NCBI RefSeq assembly: GCF_009914755.1
Contig: NC_060941.1
Source: the human T2T-CHM13v2.0 reference genome, Homo sapiens
Reading direction: 5' to 3' (one strand)
Length of the DNA: 64,000 nucleotides
The notes beneath the pieces are model-generated. The model was given only the letters and a program-made list of their open reading frames with translations, did no database searches and had not been told where the DNA came from. Position numbers and translations under genes: made by a program. Below, piece after piece: positions 33,322 through 44,954 of the stretch (within the stretch, counting starts at the first letter, position 1; each line of letters starts with the position of its first letter).

Positions 33322-33344
33322 TTTTATTGTATGTATTTAAGGTA

Positions 33345-33845
33345 TGCCCAAAGGGACTTAAATCATCACTTCATAAAGATACCTGTGTGTCCATGCTCCT
33401 GCAGCATTATTCACAAAGCCAAGATATGGAAACAATCTGTCAGTGGATGAATGGATAAAGAAACTGTGGTGTATGTACACAATGGAATATTATTCAGTCT
33501 TTTTTTTTTTTTTTTGAGACAGAGTCTTGCTCTGTTACCATGGTGGCAGTGTAGTGGTACAATCATGGCTCACTGCAGCCTCAACCTCCCAGGCTCAAGT
33601 GATCCTCCCATCTCAGCCTCCTGAGTAGCTGGGACTACAAGCATGTGCCACCACACCTGGCTACTTTTTTCTATTTTTAGTAGAGATGAGGCCTCCCTGT
33701 GTTGCTAAGGCTGGTCTTGAACTCCCAAGCTCAGATGCTTCCCCTGCCTCAGCCTCCCAAAGTGCTAGGATTGCAGGTGTGAGCCACCATGCCCAGCCTT
33801 CAATCTTAAAAAAGAAGGAGATCCTGCCATTTGCCACAACTTGGA
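33345..33845 (+). mobile_element. L1M ORF2/3' fragment interrupted by an AluJ
   Basis: gcagcattattcacaaagccaagatatggaaacaa...gatgaatggataaagaaactgtggt...aatggaatattattcag | aaagaaggagatcctgccatttgccacaac. Confidence 0.85.
33500..33798 (-). mobile_element. AluJ
   Basis: gcagcctcaacctcccaggctcaagtgatcctccc J-type; TSD ttcaRtctt. Confidence 0.92.
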
Positions 33846-34389
33846 GTTATTTTAGAATGAGAGATTGAAGGATGGTGCTGTCTGGTGGTCCCTTTCAGAC
33901 CCATCATACGTACTTCAGATCTAAATATAGCAAAGGCTTGTTCTTTCCTACATTCATTCAGTAAACAATTATTGGGCACCTGTTATGTGGCAAGATCTGT
34001 GCTGGGCACTTTCTTTGTCCTTAGATATCTTTGAGACATCAAAATAACTTCAGGGTGAGCTCAGTTTGATCCTGGAGGACAGGAATTGAGTATCTCGTGC
34101 AATATTAAAGCTATTGTAAAGGCATTGCTGGTGACTTCCCATTTCCAGTTTAGCTGCATCCTGAACTATTTTTTCCCTTCCTCAAGAAGCCAAACAGCAT
34201 GGGAATTATCCTTACATCTCAAAGTACCTGGTGTAAAGTGGTGAAAGCACCAACCGAAGGCCAGCTGGCTTCTGGGAGTAAAATCAGTACTTGACATTCA
34301 GATTCCACGTTCGATTTTTGAATGATCTGTCATAGAGCCTATCATTTGAATCTTAGCACGATTTTGAAACTTACAATTAGCAATAGTAA

Positions 34390-34530
34390 CTAGCAGTATT
34401 ATTCCTCTTATACAGTGGAGAAAGCTGAAGTTCCAGGAGGTTAAGTGCTTTGCACAAGGTCACGTGGTTAGGACATACTAGAGCTAGATCGAGCACAAGT
34501 TTCCCACTCTCGATTGAGTGCTCTTTTTGC
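34390..34530 (-). mobile_element. MIR fragment
   Basis: acagtggagaaagctgaag..gaggttaagtgctttgcacaaggtcac. Confidence 0.7.
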
Positions 34531-36169
34531 CAACAGAGCTCAATGGCCTTATAACCACCTCATCTCTCCCCCTTCCGCATCTCAGAATGGCTTAACCAGG
34601 AGGATGTAAGGAGGTGCTAAATGAAGAGAAGAGACTGCAGCTAGGTGAAAAGGCACAAGCAACTGCTGCTTGAGGGTAGCTCCAAGGGCAGGAGTGGAAG
34701 GAGATGGGCTGGTTCATCCTCCACCACTCGTTTCAGATATTCACAACTGGAGAGCCATCTCCTACATCAGAGGACATACAGCTCGTCTCTAGGCCTCTTC
34801 CCTTTAGAGGGAGGCCTGGAAAGGACTACTGACTTTTTGCCAGCTCGTTGAGCTGTTTGTTAGGTATTTCTACAACAAACACTGCTTTTACTTCTTTACC
34901 TATTTTTTTCCCCAATCTGAGGGATACAAGAAAACTATTCTAGTAGTTTTTCAACCCTAAAGGCATTTCTAAAACTAAAATGAAACAGTGAGAAATTAAT
35001 TCCTTCGTTCAGCTGTTAGCCCTAACTCAGAGTTAGATGACAGGTCCATGTCCAGCTGACGTAGTAACAAGAGGTCTCTGGGCCCCTCCTGGGAGCCCCT
35101 TGGTGCTTTGGCTTTTTTCTTTTTTCCCTACTCATGGATGAATCCAATCTTCTAATCCAGTATGTACCTTAGGCCCAAAGATAAAAAGATAGGTTTCTTT
35201 GCACACACAAACACACCCTGGGCTGACTATAAATCTGCTCCTTGCCTGAGTATAGCAGAAACAAAATATGTTGCTTCCTCCTCGAGGGAGGAATTGGCAT
35301 TTCTTCCACAAGGAAGGGGTGAGAGGAGGCTCTACTGGCCTTTTTGAACTTACTTCTCAGCTAGGGAAATGAATAACATCCTGGTTGGCCTCGGTGGAGT
35401 AGAAGTGGAGGGAAGGAGGGGTGATGCTGACCCCACACTCGAGCCACAGCCTCGGAATCTCTTTACCCGTAGGCGCCACACTTGGCACACAATGAGTCTG
35501 TGAGTTGAGGGGAAATCATAACCAGATTAACACAGTGATTTGGGCATTTTTTCACACTTACTAACGAGTGGGCTTTTGACAAGGCCTAAGTGGAGCCTTC
35601 TCTGCAGGCAAGCCTGGACTCCCCACCCCTCTCCTCTAGGCAGTAAGGCCTGTAAGAGAAAAGGGCAGAGATGGACCCAAGTCTTGCTTGCCCTCTGCAG
35701 CTGTGCAGAGAAGGCCTGGTGCCGCCACACTCCTGCTCGGCTCCTAGGCTGCTAGCGGGAGGTATGAATTTCTCTTGTTTGCTTTAACGGAGTGTTAACC
35801 CCCGTCGCTGGAACTCATGTTAATGCCTAACACAAGGCTGGGACTGCAGGGAGAGGCCAAGGGACTGGCAGCTGAAGGCAATTTGAGGATTGACCTCATG
35901 GGGTGGGGAGAGGGAGGAGAGGAAAGGGAGACATCAGTTGAATGTCTGCTGGATAGACAAGCCGGATGTAACAGGCCCAAGACCGATGTGCAAGACCAAG
36001 GTTCTGTCTGCTCCTGCTTCTGTCACAGGCCATGTCCTGTCCCCTCCCCTCCCTGGGCCTCCATTTCCTTGTGTTTAAAAGAGGAGATAGAACCAGATAT
36101 ACTCTAAGGGGACCAACAGCCAAAAAATGCTTTTGGGGACAGGCCAGGGGGAGGGGAGTAGGGTGTGGG

Positions 36170-36334
36170 CAGTGATTCTGCAGCTTCCGTGCACACAGAT
36201 CCCCTGGGGGTCTTATTAAAATGCAGCTGGTGACGCCGGCGGTCTGGGGAGGGGTCTGAGCAGCTGCCTTTCTCACAGGCTTCCAGGTGATGCTGCTGCT
36301 GCTGGTGGGTGGAGCACACTTTGAACAGCGAAGG
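36170..36334. mobile_element. MER5A-like
   Basis: cttattaaaatgcag...ggtctggggaggggtctgag..ctgcctttctcacaggcttccaggtgatgctgctgctgctgg..cacactttgaa. Confidence 0.8.
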
Positions 36335-36344
36335 TATTGAGTGC

Positions 36345-36540
36345 AAAATGGGGTTCTCCAGTCTAAGTTCTGCCCCGCACTTCACTTCCCTGCCCTGATT
36401 TCCTCAACCGTGAAACGGGGAATAGTAATCGTTGCCTTGTCTTCCTCTCTAGGGGTGTTGTGAGGATTCATGGAGCAAATGGCTGTGAAAGCACCTTGTA
36501 AAGGGTAGAGCAGTGTGCGGCGTGAGGGATTATTATCATT
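36345..36540 (+). mobile_element. MIR (MIR3/MIRc-like)
   Basis: tttcctcaaccgtgaaacggggaatagtaat...gggtgttgtgaggattca..gtgaaagcacc. Confidence 0.75.
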
Positions 36541-38359
36541 GTTAAGACGTCTACGCCTCGTTGCTCACCCTGTGTGATCCTGCAGCTTCTCAACTTTTCC
36601 CTCCTTTCTCCCTGGTTTCCACGCCTGGGCTGCTGAGTCAGGCGGACCGGCCAAGGCTGGCGAGGGCTGAACAGATGCTCTGACATGTCAAGGCAGGAAA
36701 TGACAGTTCCCAGGCAGCCCTCTGTTTCAGGTGTGGAACAGGCTCCGAACACACTTTGTGTGATAAATTCTAGTAACGCCAGGCTGAGCTCTACCTCCAC
36801 CCCCTTAGGCTGCAAGACTAGGACATGAGGCTGAAAGTCAGAGAAGTCCCTGTGAGACGAGGGCCCTGAGCAAGCACTGGCCAGACTGTAGCAAGGCCAC
36901 TCACCAGGCCACCCCGCTGGTTCTACTTCCGCACCCACCTCTGGCAGCCATGATGCTTCTGCAGCATGCCAGTTTGTTCACTGAGACCTTCACAGAAGGT
37001 CGCACAACCACCCTGGACGGTGAGAAACTAAGGTGACTGAGGCAAGTCATTGAACCACCCTGAGCCTTGGCTTCCTCATCTATGAAATGGAGTTGACAGC
37101 ATCTGTCCTGCCTGTGGTAAAAATTGCTGTGATCCCACAACCAAAAGGAAAGAGAGAATTATGAGAAAAATATGTACTTATTCTGTGAAAATATGTGAGA
37201 TTTTCATGAGAGACTTCCTGTTCCAGTGGACTCTTCCACCGCCCTTGAGTGGGGAACATCCAGGCCTTCACACTCACGCTCAGCCCATCACCCCTCTGTG
37301 CAAGGTGCAAGGTCCTCTGCCCACCTGAAGCCTCAAGGCCTGATGGAAACCATCCACAGCCACTCTAGTAAGTGACCCCTCCATTGTCCAAAACAGTGCT
37401 GCTGCTTAGCCTGCTCTTCTCAGGCCAAGTCTTTGTTGAACAGCTTCAGTGCAAGGACCTGGGAAGTCGGGATTCTGTAATGTACCTTGCCCCCAGTCAG
37501 GATGGGAGGCCAGGCCCAGATCTTCTTCCCAAGGACCCTGCACCTGAAAATCTGGTACAGGTTTGTCCTTTGGAGTGAGAGCTCTTGGGTTTAGGTGGTT
37601 GAGAGAGGTGGAAGGTTGACCACACACTCCAAATACACATGTTTATTGCCCAAGCTGGGAACACCATTTTTAAAGCCCACATAGTTAGGAGACTACCAAA
37701 ATAACAAAGCTAAAAATGGGTCAGGTATCAAACGGGTCAACTCCAGTACCAGCAGGCACATCCGGGACCCTCCCCTTCAGGGCAGGTGGACTCCTCCTTT
37801 CCTTTCCCCGCAGCTACTGTCCCAGGGCCTTAGAGGAACAAATAGCCCCTGGCTCCAGATCAGAGCCAGTGTGCCCACCCATCCCTCCCTGCTCTTTGAA
37901 ATTCCCAAGGCCAGCAGGGGGCCCAGGCCTGCAAAGCTGGGCCTCCAGACACCTCCGCCAGCTGGGGAGGCAGAGAGTTCGCACTCTGAGGAAACGCAGA
38001 TCCTCAGAGGAGAGTAAAAGGTCAGAAATAATCCAAGAGGACAAGCCACTCGTGTCTGTGTGTATATTGGGTTTCACATCTGAAATCCAGTCATGATAAA
38101 TCTGGTTTTTGAAACATCTTCTTTGACTAATAAAAACAGAAGACTTCTTGGCCCCAGGTTTCAGACTTCAAAGTTCTCAGTTGAGAGCCTCGTGTTTGAC
38201 TTATTTGTGGAGCACAGAAATCACAGGATTTAGCTGGGTTGCTCCCTCCACCCCCTACCACCCAACTGCAAGAACACTTAAAAATTCTGGAATGGAAAGA
38301 CTGAGCTGAAAACCCCCTCGCTGGCACTCCAGCCATATTTTCAAAAAAAAAAATTCAGC

Positions 38360-38605
38360 ATGGTAGTTTTAGTGGAGAAATGACAGGCTTTGGAGCCAAA
38401 TGAACCTAGGATCCTAATCCTGACTGTACCCTTGACCTTGTCATCTTAAGCAACAATCTTACTTCTCTCTGCCACAGTTCCTTGAACTGTACAAATTGGA
38501 ACAATAACATCCACCTCATAAGTTATTGGGATGATTTCAGTGCAATAGTGTGTATAAAGTAGCTATGCCTGATGCAAAGTGGACACCCGACAAATGTTAG
38601 TTATC
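38360..38605 (+). mobile_element. MIR
   Basis: ggctttggagcca...acctcataagttattgggatgatt...aaatgttagttat. Confidence 0.75.
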
Positions 38606-38779
38606 TTACCTTTCCTGATACCTGACCACAGACTAATTATTTGGAATGAGGACTGTCCTAGAAAACCCAGTTTGTATGCTTGCTGTCTTGAGAGATTCAG
38701 TTCCTTGTTTTTCCATTGAAGGAATTGCTAGGTTTCCGAGGATAGTTTGTCTTGCAGTGTATTCTGAGCCCTGCCATAG

Positions 38780-39158
<379 letters not shown>

Positions 39159-39988
39159 AGGAAACATTGTCATTGCAGCCCAGCTACAAAATGATTCTTC
39201 TCTTCCTCCTTGGAGGGGGAGAAATCATGAGTGTGCCAAGTTTAAAACAGAAGAGTAAAGGGTCTCTGGCGTCCAGTCTGGGAATGCCAGCTTCAGCCTG
39301 ACTTGGAAAGCTCTCTTGTTCCCTGAAGCACCTCCATGTTTGTTCTGAATGTGGAGCCAGTCGAGATTCTCCTTACTGGGACCTACACTGATGACTGATC
39401 TCTTGGGCTCACAGCCCTGCTCAATGACCTCATGATGTGTGAGGGCCTCAGCCATTTCTTGACAGTCATGAAAAGGTGTCTCCTAGGAAGCCGGGCCTGT
39501 TTATCCAGAGGTTAGTTGTAGGCAGGGGAGACAAAGAGGACAGGTAAAGGGACTTGATTTTAAAATCAACTCCTTCCAGAGTTGTTCTTCTAGCCCTTTC
39601 TGATCTGATGTATGAAATTTGTACAGAGGTGGAATCGTTTCTGCCATTTTTCACACACAAGTTGGTGCACATTCCTAATATGAATTAAAAATAAATATGC
39701 CATGTGTACACAGGGATGAGTCAACATTGCATGCAGCCAGCCATGGCCACTGGGAGAAGAGTCAGACATGGGCCATGGAGCTGCAGGCTCACCTGCCCCC
39801 GGCTGAGTCAGGACCGAGCACAGGACTTGACAGAGGAGGCATCGCAGCAAGGTCAGGTGCCTCCCGTGCTTCTTATGGGCCCACCTGGTCCCAGCATGAG
39901 TGCTTCTCCCAGGAGGCATTTTTTTGTCTCTCGACTTTTTCTTTCTTTCTTTTTTTTTTTTCTTAAAAAACTGATTACAGAAACTGTA

Positions 39989-40303
39989 GGCCAAGTGCAG
40001 TGGCTCATGCCTGTAATCCCAGCACTTCAGGAGGCCAAGGCAGGAGCATCACTGGAAGCCAACAGTTTGAGATCCAGCCTGGGCAACGAACAAGACTCCA
40101 TATCTACAAAAAATAAATAAATAAATTAATTAATTAATTAAATAAATAAATAAATAAAATAACAGGTGCCTATGGTTTCAGCTACTTGGGAGAGGAGGGA
40201 GGATTGCTTCAGCCCAAGAGTTCAAGGCTGCAGTAAGCTATGATTGCACCACTGCACTCCAGCCTGGGCGACAGAGTGAGATCCTCTCTCTAAAAAAAAA
40301 AAA
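39989..40303 (+). mobile_element. AluJ with expanded (TAAA/TTAA) middle region
   Basis: gagttcaaggctgcagtaagctatgattgcacc J-type. Confidence 0.9.
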
Positions 40304-40602
40304 TTTTTATTTTTATTTTTTTTGAAACAGAGTCTTGCTTTGTCGCCCAGGCTGGAGTGCAGTGGCGCGATCTCGGCTCACTGCAGCCTCTGCCTCCTGG
40401 GTTCAAGCAGTTCTCTGCCTCAGCCTCCTGAGTAGCTGGGGTTATAGGCGCCTGCCACCACACCCGGCTAATGTTTGTATTTTGAGTAGAGACGGGGCTT
40501 CACCATCTTAGCCAGGCTGGTCTTGAACTCCTGACCTCATTATCTACCCACCTCAGCCTCCCAAAGTACTGGGATTACAGGCATGAGCCACCATGCCCGG
40601 CC
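40304..40602 (-). mobile_element. AluS inserted in the tail of the upstream AluJ
   Basis: Reverse Alu; flanked by aaaatttttt on both sides; the A-rich tail resumes at 40614. Confidence 0.92.
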
Positions 40603-40667
40603 AAAAATTTTTTTAAAATAATAAATAATAATAAAAAATATAAAATACAAAAAAATAATTAGGAAAC

Positions 40668-40962
40668 AGCTGGGCACAGTGGCTCAAGCCTGTAATCCCA
40701 GAACTTTGGGAGGCCGAGACGGGTGGATCACTTGAGGTCAAGAGTTCCAGACCCGCCTGGCCAACATGTTGAAACCTCATTCTACTAAAAATACAAAAAT
40801 TAGCTGGGCATGGTGGCACATGCCTGTAATCCCAGCTCCTTGGGATGCTAAGGCACAAGAATCACTTGAGCCCGGGGGGCAGAGGTTACAGTGAGCTGAA
40901 AGCATGCCACTGCCCTACAGCCTGGGCAACAGAGTGAGACTCCATCTCAAAAAAAAAAAAAA
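40668..40962 (+). mobile_element. AluS
   Basis: Full-length Alu with A tail. Confidence 0.92.
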
Positions 40963-41353
40963 TTGTGGGAAACATATAGAAAAATATAAAGTAACCGAAG
41001 AGTCCCCTATAGCCTGACTACCCAGAGACAGCGTGGTTAACATTTTGTCGTGAATCATTTAGAATGTTTTTCCATGTTTCTTTTGCATTGTTCAATAATA
41101 ATAACTGTATACTTTTGTCTTTTTAAATTTAACATTGTATCTTAAAGAATTCTAATTATAAACATCATGTTTATGACTACCTAACATTCTACTGCAAGAA
41201 TGAAGTATAACTTTCTTAACAAATACCATATTGTAGGGCTGTGTTAAAATGGCAATGAGCGTATTTATGCATGACGGTTGTTGCTTCCTAGGTTATTTAT
41301 TTTGGCTAGATTTCTGGAAGTGGCATCCCTGCCTAGGTCAGTAGTTGGGCACG

Positions 41354-41656
41354 TTTTTAATTTTTTTTTTTTTTTTTTTTGAGACAGTGTCTCCCTCCAT
41401 CACCCAGGCTGGAGTGCAGTGCCACGATCTTGGCAGACTGCAACTTCCACCTCCTGGGTTCAAGTGATTCTCCTGCCTCAGCCTCCTGAGTAGCTGGGAT
41501 TACAGGCATGCACCACCATGCCTGGCTAATTTTTGTATTTTTAGTAGAGTTTTCCCATGTTGGCCAGGCTGGTTTTGAACTTCCGGCCTCAGGTGATCCG
41601 CCTGCCTCAGCCTCCCAAAGTGCTGGGATTACAGGTGTGAGCCACCGCGTCTGGCC
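41354..41656 (-). mobile_element. AluS within an old L1-like AT-rich stretch
   Basis: Reverse Alu consensus. Confidence 0.92.
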
Positions 41657-42355
41657 TTGATTCTTAATGCATATTGCCAAATTGCCCGTCAGATAGCTTA
41701 TACTAGTAATATTCCTGCCCGAAACAGTCAATCTCATTCCGTTCTTACGCGTGTTGAGTATAACTCTGCTTGTTTATCGAAGAATTTAGGGAGCTAAAAA
41801 GTTCTATCCCCACCCTCAGATGTGGGGAGATCAGAGCTAAGAGGTTGCTTCTCCTACTCTCCTGTGCCCCCTGCAGGCATCCTCAGAGAAAGTGGGGTGC
41901 ACATACTCACCATACGCTTTCACTCCCCACCAAAGGCCCTTGCTATGTAATTGACGCATAACCAGTCAGCCTTACCGGTGGCATTGCCCAGGCTCCAGTA
42001 TTTCTCCTCTGGCTGCTTGCCTCTGGCCCAGTGTTCCCTCAGTCACTCTCTTAGCCTTTCATAGAATCCCACTGCCCCAAAGAAGAGCTGCTTACAGAGC
42101 CCTGGGGTAATCCTCTAATTTTGAATGGGCCTGTGTAGCTTACAAAGCACTTGTCAAAAGACAAAATTATAACAAACTTCATTATAGATCTAATTGGCTT
42201 TTATTTGTGATTCATGAATCTGGGCAGCCTCCATTCTACAAAATAGAATGAGAGCTCCCACTGGGCAGTGGTAGAACAGCGGGTTTTTTAAGGTGAGATC
42301 AAGGAAACAATAGAAAAAAAAAAAAGCTCATTGGTTAACATCAGGTTACTTCAAG

Positions 42356-42652
42356 GTTTTGTTTTTTTTTTTTTGAGACGGACTCTCTCTTTGTTGCCCA
42401 GGCTGGAGTGCGGTGCCGCGGATCTCACTGCAATCTCTGCCCACCAAATTCAAGTGATTTTCCTGCTTCAGCCTCCTGAGTAGCTGGAATTACAGGCATG
42501 CACCACCATGCCCAGCTAATTTTTGTATTTTTAATAGCGACAGGGTTTTGCCATGTTGGCCAGGCTGGTCTCAGACTCCTGACTTCAGGTGATCCGCCCA
42601 CCTTGGCCTCCCGAAGTGCTGGGATTAAAGGCGTGAGCCACTGCGCCTGGCC
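42356..42652 (-). mobile_element. AluS
   Basis: Reverse Alu consensus. Confidence 0.92.
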
Positions 42653-42795
42653 AGGTTCTTTTTTTGTAAAGGATTAAAGGCTACCCTGACTCAGTTAGAC
42701 TGAAATCTCCCATTTTCAGGAATAGCTGGTCTGTTTTGGGATCTATCTGCTTCCTTAAAGTTTCAGTTTGATTGTGTGGCATTTAGCATGGGTGA

Positions 42796-43167
<372 letters not shown>

Positions 43168-43259
43168 AACTTTTGTTTAATACAGTCTTTCATAATACTA
43201 TCTGGTCTGATGCTCACAACAGCTCTGGAAGCCAAATATTTGTTTCCCTGTTTTATAGG

Positions 43260-43686
43260 TTTATTATTTTCCTAGGCTGCTTTAAGGAATTACCATAAAC
43301 CTGGTGACTTAAAACAACAGATGTATTCTCTTGTATTTCTGGAGGCTAGCATTCTGAAATCGGGGTGTGAGCAGGGCCATGCTGTCCTTCCTTGCTTCTT
43401 CTGGCTTCTCACCACTCCTGGCATTACTTGGCTTAGGCAGGATAACTCACATCTGTCTTTGTCTTCACATGGGCTTCTTCCTTCTGTGTCTCTGATCCCC
43501 TCTTTTCTCTTTTAAGGACACCAGTCATTGGATTTAGGACCCACCCTAAACCCAGGATGATCTCAACTTGAGATCCTTAATTACATTTGCAAGGACCCAT
43601 TTCCAAATAAGGCCACATTCTGAGGCTCCTGCTGGACATATCTTTTGGGTGGCGTGGTGGGGTGGAACACCATTCTACCCATTGCA
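43260..43686 (-). mobile_element. MLT1C-like LTR
   Basis: aattaccataaacctggtgacttaaaacaacag...aaggacaccagtcattggatttaggacccaccctaa...ttccaaataaggccacattctgagg. Confidence 0.85.
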
Positions 43687-44368
43687 GTGGATAAGGAAAG
43701 CAAAGTTCAAACAGGGAAAATGACTCTTCCAACGTCATGCAGTGAGAAAGTAACAAGAGCTGGCATTTGAACCCAGGTCTTCTGCTTAACATATGCCTTT
43801 AATTGGGTAAAAACAAGACTCTTATGGTATAACTGCTGACTGTTATCTGGTTTGTAGAAAATGAAATTGGTAGCTTTTACCCTAGGATACCTCAAATATC
43901 AGACACCATTTTCTGGAAGTATACTATTGTTAACGACATTGAAACTATTAGTGCCAATGTGAACCCCTTAAATGGGCATCATTTATTTATTTTCTGTGTC
44001 ATAAATGGGGAAATTAAGACCTAGAGGGATGATTCTGCTGAGAGAGAAAAAGAATTAAAAAAAAAAAAAGAAAAGACCCAGACGGAGTAGCAACTTGCCC
44101 AGAGTAACCAGAAAAGTTAATGGGAGAATTCCAGTTATGACTCAGATGTAATCTATGTTCTAAGCTTTAAAGTGTGCATTATGCAATTGCATATTTTGCA
44201 GTTGTGAAAATGGTCTCCTTGTCAAAATAACTGTGTTAGATTGCAAAGAAATTCTTAGTCCAATTGCCATTGAACTCCTTTTCCCTGGCTCAGGACCATG
44301 CGATATGATACACATAATATATAACATAATATAATATCTGATCTATATCTATATCTATCTCACTGTGG

Positions 44369-44492
44369 GAGAACGCTGGCTCATATAATTGGCCATCAGA
44401 TGTGTCCACAGGTATAATATATAATATAGCTGTGGTATATATAATATATCTGTGGACACATCTGATGGCTAATTATATGAGCCAGGGTTCTC
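44369..44492. repeat. 124-bp quasi-palindrome (fold-back inverted repeat)
   Basis: Arms 44369-44411 and 44450-44492 pair at 41/43 positions. The AT-rich inner part extends the stem to about 55 bp with a 14-nt loop. Confidence 0.95.
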
Positions 44493-44954
44493 TAAGGAAA
44501 CAACTAATAAAAGAGATATCTCCAGAGATGCATAGATATAAGAAGATTTATTTTGGGAATTGGAAATGGAGGTCAAGAAGTCCCACTGTCTGTTGTCTGA
44601 AGGTGAAGAACCAAGAAGGCTGGTGGTATATAACCAGGGGAGCTGATGGTGTAAGTCCCGGTCCAAGTTCAAAGGCCTGAGAACCAGGGGTACCAGTGTC
44701 CAAGGGCAGGAATTAGTGTCCTAACTCCGACAGAGAGAACAAATTTGCCTTTCCTCCACCTTTTTAATATATTTAGGCCCTCAGTTGAATGATGCCTGCC
44801 CACAATGGTGAGGGCAATCTTCTTTCCTCAGTCTACCAACTCGAATGCTAATCTCTCCCAGAAACACCCCCCAGACACACCCAGAAATAAGCCTTGCTGG
44901 CTATCTGGGCATCCCTTAGTCCAGTCAAGTTGATACATGAAATTGACCATTGCA
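44474..44954 (-). mobile_element. MLT2 (ERVL) LTR
   Basis: The reverse strand begins tgcaatggtcaatttcatgtatcaacttgactggactaagggatgcccagatag (MLT2 5' end) and ends in ...gagaaccctggctcatata. Confidence 0.85.
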
